A DNA stretch of 64,000 bases from Balanoglossus misakiensis. Its lineage: Eukaryota > Animalia > Hemichordata. The notes under the pieces are model-generated. The model made no database searches and was not told the origin of the DNA. It saw only the letters and a program-made list of their open reading frames with translations. Both the position numbers and the translations under genes were made by a program. The stretch spans positions 4,168,213 to 4,232,212 of the forward strand of contig CM082589.2 of assembly GCA_040954595.2 (NCBI GenBank). The letters are read 5' to 3'. Shown here one piece after another: positions 53,013 through 64,000 of the stretch (position 1 is the stretch's first letter; every line of letters starts with the position of its first letter).

Positions 53013-55091
53013 TTTTTATCTATCTCATCAATGAAGACCAATGAAGTCAGTCTGTGCGTGCCTGTCATAGTCTAGATCGCCCTCTAACGATAATGATATC
53101 AAAGCTATCACTTATGGGATAAAAATTGAACTTGAATACTATTCACCAACATTTAAATACATTAAAATTAATTTAACAATTCCACGTAATGTATGGGGGA
53201 AGCGCGTGTACATCACCACCGTTACAAAAACCACGGCCAAACGACTTGAATCCCCAGATTTTAGGCAGGAAGACAGGTAAGACCTTTCGCTTTGAAAATT
53301 TCACGTACGATACGAGCAAAGCAGGTGCAGCGGACTCAGTTTATAGTTGGACCGCAGCTAGAAGTATAATATTTTCCCCATAAAGATTGATTTACACAAG
53401 GCGACGGATCATTCATACAACTGTCGCGATCCATTTGATGTCAATCAGCAGTGATGAAAAACAGTGATAAATGCCTCAACTAAACTATGCACTAAATCCG
53501 GCGTAGCTTCAGTGCAACCATAATGCATCAATAAAGACACGGTTTTTAGGAAACCACTCTGGGATGTACGTACAAAGACCACGCGAGTGCAATTCACTGC
53601 CGTCTTTTGTAATGTTACGTTGCAGGGACGGTGATATTGACGCGCCGTCGTACTATGAATGCGGAGTGAATACAGTCTGGTTTCCGTCAGTTCTGGTCGG
53701 GTCCCAAAGCGCCAAAGTAAAACTAAACGCAGCGATGAGATGAGACGATATCAATACTTGCACAATAATCCACTGAAGCAGAAAGAAGCGCATTTTTTTC
53801 AACAGTTCGATTTGTTTAGTTCGACTTTTTTCCTGACCGAATCGTAGTCCTGTCACGGAGATGTTTACGTGCAGCAGAGGTGCCCCCGGTGGCTGATTGC
53901 TGTCGACTTACAAAATATGCCGAGCGATGAAGAAAAATGGCCAGCACGTATGTGGCAAATAAACAACAAATATGACTAAGGTGATTTCTGGCGATAATAA
54001 TGACGATAAACGACGCATTATGGCATGGTGTGTTCGCGGAGTTCTTCTTTCAGTGATATTGCAGTAAAGTCGAGACGAAGGACAAAACACTTACTAGTAC
54101 GACACACAGACATCGTGGTTGAAAAAACAGCCTCGTTTATCTCCCTAGTAAGCCAAAAAAAGTCCTGTCAAATGGTCGAATTCGATAATAGGCTCAAGGT
54201 AGCAGTAAATCTAGAGGAGGGATTCCAAGAATGACTAGTAATAACCCTCTCACTCTGTTCGGTTAGTGGTGAGGTTTTGAATTTTTCAGAATGTTTACAG
54301 GAAGTAAGACTTATAGAGTGTTTCAACGTCTCCGAACTCAGTGGTTTGCTATAAAAGTGACCGTAATGTGTGAAGGCCGTGTTGAAACTCAGATATGGAT
54401 ACACATCTACGAAAGTGTCGCTTAGCGGAATGATCCCCCCCCCCAGAACCAATCTAAAGTCTTCGGTTCACATTAGTTTCACGATCCATCTTTCAAAAAA
54501 AAGTTTACTATTTTCATGGAAGGGGTAATAGTATGTAACGTCTACTTTGTAGTTTTGAGATTACGCCTTGTGAATGACCGTTGAAATCTGCTCTAACCTA
54601 ATACGCACAAGTTATTAGGAAGTTGACTTATTAACAGATAATTAATTTATCGTAGATGATATCTGGTGACATAATGACGCATAAATCTGTAGGTACATTA
54701 TGCGCATGCGTATGTTTTCTAGGTTGATGGATTGATGAATCGCGGAGAGCATGCGAAGATGGTCAAACTTATTGTTCTGAAACAAGACTTGTGACAAGAG
54801 ACCACTGGACTCGTATTTCTTTAAAATGTCACAGAGAACTCCGTACTACCACGTAGAAGTTTAACGAACCGCGTAACGCTGCTGTTTATTGTCGCTCGTT
54901 TGCTTCACCGTATCCCGGAGACTCGTAAAAGGAGCGGCGTCCCACGAATTCTAAACGCTTTCCTCATAATTCATAACTACACGCGCTTAAGAAGGTATTC
55001 ACATTTACAGCCTTTAAAGTTCGATTCTATCGTGAAACATGTATCTTTTTGCCGTTAAACAATTTATTTTAATAGTCTCAGCGAGGGTGGT

Positions 55092-55101
55092 TATATAAAA
55101 G
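55092..55101 (+). promoter_or_regulatory. Candidate TATA box
   Basis: TATATAAAAG with GC-rich flanks (GGGTGGT...CGCC), followed by consensus splice donors at 55232 and 55286; motif evidence only. Confidence 0.3.
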
Positions 55102-55138
55102 CGCCATTTTAGCACTAGCCTTGTTACATTTCAACGCT

Positions 55139-55198
55139 ATGGAAGTAAACTTAGTATAAGCATATAGGCCTATATGCTTAAACTAAGCTTACTTTCAT
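55139..55198. repeat. 60-bp near-perfect palindrome
   Basis: Perfect 24-bp core TAAGCATATAGGCCTATATGCTTA (55157-55180); 27 of 30 symmetric positions are Watson-Crick complementary. Confidence 0.85.
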
Positions 55199-58100
55199 GG
55201 ACAGGAACCTGCATTTGATTGTCCAGTTTCGGTAAGTCTAGTCTACTGTCTGTAAAGTAGTAAATGACTCGCACAATTATAACAGGTAAGTCTCACCAAT
55301 AATAAGGTACCTTGAAGGGTACGTGACTACAAATTTTGATCGAAAATGTTTATGTCAAATATTTCGCTCCCCAAATAAGATGTCGTGCTTTCCCTCTTTT
55401 TAATATTTTATGCCTTCCTTAAGATTACCTAATAGCGTCTCTACTTAGTCTGCCTTAATTTAACGGCCGTTCCGCGGAGGTTTCTACGCAAGTTCCGACC
55501 ACGTCGTCGACCCTGTCCGTAAATTATACAATTCTCGGCAAAGACGTGGTCTGTCTTGATTGTTCACAAGAATCGCAATTTTACTGTTCGTTCGGGAAAG
55601 CGCCACGAGAATGCTAGAATGTAGTTATTTTAAGTGGTATAGGCAGTTTATTAGTCACATTTTCCCTGCTTGTCCTATCATTTATCTCAGAGTCTGTAAG
55701 TCTGCTGTGCTTTATCATTCTCTGGCTTCCCTACACCCAATTCAAAAAAGTTATTTCACCGAGAAAATCAATCAAAGCGCGGTAAGTAATCGAGAACACC
55801 CGCGGCAAAAGCGAACGGACGCTTCGGTTGACTCGAAAGTGAAGATTGCGATGTCTGTCCGATTTTTATCAAAATTCTGACAGCCGCACGAAGGCGTCCA
55901 GGAACGTCTTCGCTGACTGCGACCAGAAAAGGAAAAGTGGCCTTTCCCTCCGTGTATTATGTCTATTTAAGTGTATTGGTAAACTGGGTTAGATCTCGAG
56001 ATACCTGTATGAGGAAAGTCACGGCGACATTGAAATAAAATGACTAGCCTTCGATATGTATTAGAGGTAGCTGGGCCACGGTGTCTATCCTGTGTGATCG
56101 CATGTAGAACAATACGAACACTAACTGGCGGCGACCTCAATATTGTCGTCATCCTTCGGGAAAATGACTTTGGCATGTAGTTGGAAAACTCGGGTTATCG
56201 AATTAGCTGGTGTGGGTCTGTACATCTCCTGTGGTAGACGCAAATGAGGACAGCCGCACAATACGAGTCGTTCGCGTTGCATATATTGGAATATATATCG
56301 AGATATATATAGGTTAATACCTACAACCACGCCTTGGTAAATTCCGCCCATTCAGACATGTTTGGGCAGAGTGTCTTATAACTGTCACTAGAGGTTTTCT
56401 TTCCCTTTTCTTTAACACAGACCGGATATGTATATACATCCATATAAATATAAACACATATACTGCATAAACATATATAAACATATAAAGACTGAAGACA
56501 CATGTACAAGTTCATGAAGGAATATAGAGTTGAGTTCGTGCGCAAAGTCAATCCTGAATAAAATCTGTCACCTATATACAAAGCAATGGATATCGTGGAC
56601 ATAAATTATAGTTTAGAGTAACGGAAGTCAATAGCCACTCTTCAATCTTTCCGGCCTTTGCGCACCGAAAGCCCTAACAGTGGCCGTTATTATTTGCCTG
56701 TCAAGATGACTTTCATAGCTCGCCTTTTTCTATACGTATCGTTGTGTGTCGGCCTTCCTGTCTCTGATTTCCCTTGAGTAAGAGTGGCAATCACAAACAA
56801 AAGAGCGAGTAAAATGACTGGATGTAAATTGCAAAACGCGCCCGAGATGCTATGAAGCGCCCTGTACAACTTAATGCCCGCTTTTTGGTCGCCTAATTGA
56901 AATGTCGTTAAATCAACGACCTTTAGGCATTACCCCAATAAAATGATCCATTCATTTGCCGTGACTCTGTCGACGTTTACTGCCTCGCGCTCTAAGGAGG
57001 AATACCGACCGTGAAATTGACCTACACATTGTAAGTGTGCCTCGTTAATGACATGAGTAGGCCCGGAGATATTAAAAAGCATTTGCCTCCCTTCTATACT
57101 CCACGAATGACGTCAGTCTTGGCTGGGACCTAAAACAGTTTGGAATTATAAACAAATGTGCATGGGAATAAATTATGTAAATCAGCCGATGCGACAGAGA
57201 AACAAGATTAAGTTTTAACTTTAAGGCAGTGTTTTCTTCTGTGTTCATTGTCTACCTTGATGTTGTTGACTGTCCATATAGTCAGCAATATTCTCAAAGC
57301 TCGTAAACTCCACAATGCTTGTTCTGACGTATTTCTTGCGCACCAAGCTGTTCGGAGAACTTAATCGAGAAACAGTATTTCATTTTTTTCCCCAATTCTG
57401 AATCCCGGTACCTTACAGCATTCTTCTGTTTGCTAGCTGGCTGTTTTTTATCACGCAGATTTAAAGATTTGTGTTTTGGCTCTAGGGCTTAATCCACATA
57501 CGGTGCGCATTCCCTGTCACTCTCCCCGAGACACGCCACAGAGCCCGCGTAGATGTTTAATGTACGTTGGCATTTCAGACTAAACTCAATTAAACCTATA
57601 CCGCAGTGGCAACAACGGAAATAAACGTTTCTTTTTCATAATTCTACTGCCTTCAGCTAACCTGTCCCGCGGGAAATAGATGAAATGAACGATATCAAAC
57701 AGTGAGCTTACAGCGATAGCCGAAGAGAACGTGTTCATAGGGGTTAAATGTATTGAATTGCCTCGACTTGCATTAAAAATATCCGGGCACGATGAACTTT
57801 TGCAGCAAAGGCTCTGGCCTTCAAAAATCCCTTCAAACTAAATTGCATCATCCTCATCATTTCTAATCAGGGACTACAGGTATTATTTTTTTGTTTTGGA
57901 CAGTTTTGTATGTTTTGTTGCTTTAGGGGTTAAATGATCGAAAATAAAAATTAGACATATAAATCAGAATTGGCTACGCGTTTTTGCACTGCCGCTGGAG
58001 ACAAGAAACTATTGGAATCTTTTAATGTCACAGTGTGATACGGTATAGCGATGTTGCATACAATATCGTCTTTTGGGTAAGAAAAGTAATATCGTAATGA

Positions 58101-61100
58101 ACGGATTGCCCTTTAACGGTTAGTGGGCACGAGTTCGCATGCAGCTCGCTTAGACATTCTGGTAAATGTGTCGTAACAAAATGACACTAGAGATCGGTGT
58201 GTCTTGTCACTGTCACCAACTCCCAAATGACTATCAGAACTCGCCTGTCGGGTTTTTTCCCCCTTAACTCTCCATTTGATACAGAACCTCTCGTCATTGC
58301 CACACGCAGTCAAGCATTACGAAGAAATGACAAACGGGCATCTATTTATTGTTGAACCAACCCAAGCGTCTATCATTTAGCACTGATTCTATATGCATTG
58401 GCCACATGATTGACCATCATAAATCACACACGCCATAGTCATTCTCTATAACTGCCGGGCAATGAATTGACCATCATCATTTAAAGGCCAACAGTCGTCT
58501 TATGCGCATGTGCGTCATTTTGTGTGAAAAACATTTCGCCCAATCCAAATGTTCTGCAATTTTGCGTTTGACGCATTCAAATAGTGGACTTCCATATTTA
58601 GTCACCGGCATTTAGATAACCCAACGACCTACATGTACCTTGCAGTGTGTGCTATCAACTCTCACTGCATACTAGTCGGTGTCACAGATCGTTAACGTAT
58701 CTAGGCATAGAACCTCACACAATTATGAAACATTGCTTAATTATTCGCCTACCTCTGATATAACACGTTCAAATGACACTTGCGTCTCAGGGGCCACGCG
58801 TTGAAAATAAAGCGAGTCTTGCAATCGTCTTATATCTGTTGAGAATTCGAAGATGAAAATAATATTGGCATTTAATTCATCATGATCCAAAAGAAAAGTT
58901 TCCTCCAAAAAAAAGATGAAACTAAACTTAATTGCTTTGTTTACGGTACGGCGCAATATCAATCGGGAAGATAATTGAAGCGTGTTTGTCTTCAAGAAAG
59001 AGTTTTATTGGATTTTGATGCACGAGATAAAAGTGTTGGGTCTCTAGGCGAGCTTGTTAGCCGGAGAAAAACGGGATAATTGATGGCGAGGTCTTGATGA
59101 GAAGCATCGGCGCGCAGTGATAGCTTCTCCCCAGTGGACGGTGTGATGCGTGCGATGCTTCCGAAAGAAATAGGGCCACGCACTTTGCCTGAAGTATTCG
59201 CAGAGATGCGTCCAAATGCTGCTCGGCCGACAGATGCGCTACGCGGTCGCTGAATTCAGCGGGGCAATAAGCTGAAGTCGAATAACTAAGCATACATGCC
59301 GTGTGGAGAATAAAACAGGAATATACTTTTGCCTGGGATAGCCTTTCGCACAACTACAGAATTTCGCGAACCCTCACGGCCCGTATACGTCAATAGTCTG
59401 GGCAATTTTGTGACGTGTTATAATAATACGGGGTCGAGACTAAGAACGGTTTAACTGAATTGTGACAGGTCTGGAAAAGAATTACGTATCAAGAGCAAAA
59501 ACGACAGCATGCAAGAAATTAAATCAAGTATTCCATACATCAACAAAGGGACACCGCGTGTTCTTCAGAAATCTCACCAGAGAGTACCATAGATGCATTT
59601 CAAAAGAGCCCCTCATTGTTACTCTTCTCGGCCTTTAAGAGCTACATATTGAATCATCCCTGAATGTGGCATTTGAAATTAGTTTAACATTAATACCGCA
59701 GTGTTGAATGTTATGATTTCTATACTAGCGAGTACAATGGTTACAACTGGACAAAAAATATAAATTAATTCCTGTCATTAAAGGAGATTAAACACACGCC
59801 CTTGGGCGAGGAGAAATGTACATGTATTAAATTTACAGAATCCATAGAGGTGAATGCATTGTCGGTTACGATATCGATTGGATGCGATTTTGTAATGGAA
59901 TAGTTTGTACAGCAAACATATCCCTTTATTTGATTTTAATGACATCAAAATTCCCTTTTTGTCCAAGGCCAATAAATCGGTTTGTGCAGATATCGCCTTC
60001 AATCGTGTGCCAATAATTGCCCGATTACACGTATACGTATTATGTAGCTTTTTTCGAGCATTTAATTGTATGACCATTTGATTATCGTTTTGCAGCTGAC
60101 GTCATGACACTTTTCAATTAATTGTAAGTTGCAGGTGATTGAATCGCCCGGATTCTGTGTATGGGATTTTCCATGACACGCGATTAGCAATGGGTATTTG
60201 TCTGAAATGGTTCGTAAAATGGCGGCGGATAGCATGAACGGTGAGTGAAAAACGGGTGTATCGACCACGTCAGACAGGAAATCGGTGAATATTTAACGGA
60301 ATCGATGTGTTTTGCTAAATTCTGACGGCAGAACACAGTTTTCTTCAGTGGTATTCCGGAGACACGCGGACTGATCGGCGGAGGATCCACAGACATTTCT
60401 ACCTCTATGTCAGTCAGGAATCTTATTAGTTGTGTGAAGACAGAGAGACGCAACGACCAATAAAACGTTAATCTAGTATCAACATCATTGACTGCAAAGT
60501 ACAACTTTCTTGTTTCTCGGCTATTCTGAGAATATAGTGATAAACGCGGCACTGTGGGACGTACAGGCCTAAACCTGCCACAACCTTCGAGACGAACTGT
60601 AACTTAGCGTCTTTGGCAAATCAGAGTACCATGAATGTAAATTAAAACACAACCCTTAAATCCAGTGCTCATTTGTGTTCAATTGGGAAAAGCTAAGTAC
60701 CTTGGTTAAAAGCACACTTTAGGCTATCGAAGTACACTCAGGGTGACTCGTTCATGCATGTGTGTTATTACTTTGCGGCCGTTATCGACCCTGTCCACAT
60801 GTTACGCACATGCGCTCTGCGTTGCAACGATAAGTCGCCATTATTGAGGCTGGATCGATATGTCACGTCATTTAAGGTGGATAGTTCATGAAAATACCAT
60901 GTATACTTGCTACAGACCCCCCCCCCCCCTTTTTTTACCCTGCATCTTGCAGACCTTAAATCAGTCTACGAACCCTGATAAGCAAGAAAATGAATTTCGA
61001 CAAGATGGGAAAATACACCCATAAACGTGGACAAGCGTCGCTTTAAAATTGAAACGACTTTATCTAGCGATTACATGTACAGGTCATTATTCATGTCATC

Positions 61101-61916
61101 TGGTTCACAAGCCTGTGATACGAGTGGACGTATGGCGAGTTAATGGACTTTTTATTCGATAGCTTTGGCAATTTCCACGCTGGAGGCGACGTTGTGTGGG
61201 TTTTGTCACGATGCTGTATCGCCAAAGTAAAACCAACTGGTTTCCAGGGAAATGTGACCCGTTTCAAACGAACGCTGGCTGGCTGAAAAATAAGGTCCCA
61301 GTGTTTACCAGAGTATGAATTTGACTCATGTGTACAGAGAACACCTCAGTAGATCACAATCAGAAAGTATGCGGTTTCGTTTCTAAAAGCAGGCAGCACA
61401 TACTGCCGAGCCCAGACTAAAACCTTGCATTGTATTCCCATGGGGTAACCGCCCTGGGCATTAAAGTTTGGCCTTTAAGTTTCCACTATTTACCCCGGAG
61501 ATGTGAGTGTTTTATTCAATCGTTTGATCACCTTTCCACTCTCCGACACAATTCCCAATTCGGTATGGACGTGCTCCTTCTATGCTACTGTTTTACAAGA
61601 ATATTCAAACGACTGAGGAATGCCTCGTAGATACCACCGATTCTTATAATGAGGCACGGTATCTCAATTGACGTCATTTCTGCTCTGGTCGCCAGACACG
61701 AGAGGGAATTCCTCCGTGTGCGTGTTTTTTTTTCTCCGGTAAAACTCGCTGAACCGCCGGTCGCCAGAGCACTGCCCGTTCACCGCTTGTGGGCAGGACG
61801 ATGACTCGTAAGTAACACAATTAGGCTCGCTCGCTCTACAGGTACAGCGCTCGGCCCATCGACAGCAACGTGCGTGAGTGCTCCTCAGCGCATACCGAGT
61901 TCCTACATGAAACTAG

Positions 61917-62036
61917 TTAGGAGTGAACCATTTGATTTCTGGTGGGTGGTGGTGGATTTGGGTATGACAGCAATTTTTAGTCCTCTGCACCATCTGCCAA
62001 CATCCATCCCCTTGAAATCAAATGGTTTCCCCTTAA
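61917..62036. mobile_element. MITE-like element, 120 bp, with ~23-bp imperfect terminal inverted repeats
   Basis: The left end TTAGGAGTGAACCATTTGATTTC matches the reverse complement of the right end, TTAAGGGGAAACCATTTGATTTC, with a perfect 14-bp core AACCATTTGATTTC. Confidence 0.7.
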
Positions 62037-64000
62037 ACCGAGACGACGCCAAAATGGACGTCAACATTATTTCTTTATCAGGGTCGTATTCGCTAATGAA
62101 ATAGGGGAAAATCATAAACTACATTTCTGGCTTATAGTCTTATTTTCTGTGATCGATAAAATCTGCGCCGTTTATAGAACAAATGTCAGTCTCTAAGGGC
62201 CAGACGACGTAAAATGTAGGTCATTATATGATAGACCATAAAATTGTCGGAGTGAATCATAAACTAGTAAAAATAGAACACTATCAGTTCAACCAAAATA
62301 CTCCTTTAAGTTTGATGAAACTGTTATATTTTTCTCTTTGCAATTTTGCACACAAAAATGGCATATTTTAATAGTCTCTTCTCCCTCTCTAGTCTTGAAG
62401 AATGGCATGCCGGGTAATCACGTCGCGAGACCGTGCTCGTGGCGTAAATGTTGTGCTTTTAAACAAAAAGGACTCATGACTTTGGGAACCTGTCTTGACA
62501 TCCATTCCGGCGCTCACTAAGATGATATCCAATCATTAAGTATGCGTACATTGCACTTTCAACAACTGAGCAACACAAGTGCCATAGCGCCCTGGAGCCC
62601 CAAGTATTACATCCTCAAACCAAAGTGGCGATCTTTGAACATAATAACGAGGATTTAATGGCACTTTTACAATTTGATTCTAGCTTACAAATGACCTCAG
62701 TAGGAAAAGCCTTGCGCGACTTGACCCAAAATAATCACATTATTGCACATGCCCCCATCACTTGTTGGGTACTCGCGTGATAAGGAATCACATTCTGCAC
62801 TTATTACCGGCAGTTATTGCAATGTGGGGGAAATGTAGATTAAAAAGCTCTTATTACTTTGATATTAAATTTTGTGGTGCTACGTTTTGTGAAGGCCCGG
62901 AAACAAATAATTGTGTCGTCACGCTTGAAAGATCGGGAATATGTAATGTATATTGATACAAGTGTAAAAACATTAGCGCTCGCAAATCGTCCGACAGATC
63001 ACAAAGATCACAAAGCAAAGTTGCTAACCGTGACGGGTATACACACGCGACTGCCGAAGAAAATATAGATATCCGCCCAAACTCTGATGGTTACAAGATA
63101 CTGTTTGCCGAAAGTGATATTGATTAGTGAAGAAAAACATTGGCATAATTCATATCTACCTAACGTTTCCCAATTGAATTTCTTTCGAAGTATATTGTCG
63201 GAGATTATAACGTAAGGAACGACCCTCCAATGAATCCTAGAAATGTTTGCTGTTTACTTCGAAGTAAATAGCCGTTAGAAATATATCGACCGTGACAAAA
63301 AAGATGACGAAGCCTTGTAGACGTTTGCCAGAATGGATTGAAAACTCGTTCCGGGGGAAAGACGTTTGGGAGTTGTGCAATCAGGTACCAGACACACTCT
63401 TTTAAAATTCAAAGTCTTAAAAGTTTTCTCATATTTTGCTCAAGGCGACTTAAGATTATGCTCTGAGAATATAAATCAGGGGGGAGGTCAATTCGGCAAT
63501 ACCATAATGCGGTACACATGCGCGGACGTTGACTTCTTTAATAGGGGTGGAGGAGGAAAAACTACAGGTCTTGTTACACGTAGGCAGATCAATGGTACTG
63601 ACAAAATTATCAGAAGTTACCGCTAACCTCCATCTTAGTTTTAGTGGGGCTTGGGGTAATTCGATATTAAATGGATTAGGGCTTTATGATTTGAAATAAA
63701 AATTAGCTGCTCATATCAATTCGATGGAACTTTTATTGCACATATGACAGGGTCTATGTACTTGCCATTTCTCGGACGAAATCTAGAACGCACGAATCAA
63801 TGTAATCTTCTTGGGTGACGTCACGTCGTTACTTCGGATTCGATAGTGTCAAAGCACTGGATTTTACAATATCGGAGCGTGTTAAACTCTGGAAGCACTG
63901 TTGGCATGGTTTTTTTTCGTTCGACGATAAATAACTACCGCTAAATTTTCACCGACGTGCGCTTCATCCCAGATCTATAAAGTTGGAGATAAAGTCGTGC

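Noticed and set aside
58481-61478. TTAAAGGCC...GGCCTTTAA pairs as ends of a larger DNA transposon
   Set aside because: Only 9-11 bp of inverted match, several alternative pairings and no internal support.
61621-61664. Interleaved stems TGCCTC/GAGGCA and AGATACC/GGTATCT (pseudoknot?)
   Set aside because: The stems are short and a 1-nt connecting loop is sterically implausible; compatible with chance.
43100-64000. Short ORFs (60-130 aa), checked for an orexin-like peptide precursor or a transposase
   Set aside because: No signal peptide plus dibasic/amidation pattern, domain motif or consistent exon chain was found by eye. Small exons could have been missed.

Overview
AT-rich, intron-containing eukaryotic DNA, most likely from an invertebrate bilaterian (taxon not determinable from sequence alone). 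It holds three complete five-coding-exon orexin/allatotropin-receptor-family GPCR genes: A (+, 505-5080), B (-, 8483-12268) and C (-, 39412-43080). Between them lie a ~17.9 kb homogeneous 88-bp satellite array ending in a ~490-bp (CATA)n run, and an SLC16 (monocarboxylate transporter-like) gene with a single-base frameshift. The last ~21 kb have no recognisable coding sequence. They contain a small MITE, a 60-bp palindrome next to a TATA box and splice donors, a GC-rich hairpin island and several CRE palindromes. The most notable observation is that inverted paralogs A and C are a sharp mosaic: nearly identical over the transmembrane exons and one whole intron, but strongly diverged in the N-terminus, intracellular loop 3, the C-tail and the other introns. 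This suggests patchy gene conversion. All splice sites, counts and alignments were done by eye; no database search was run.
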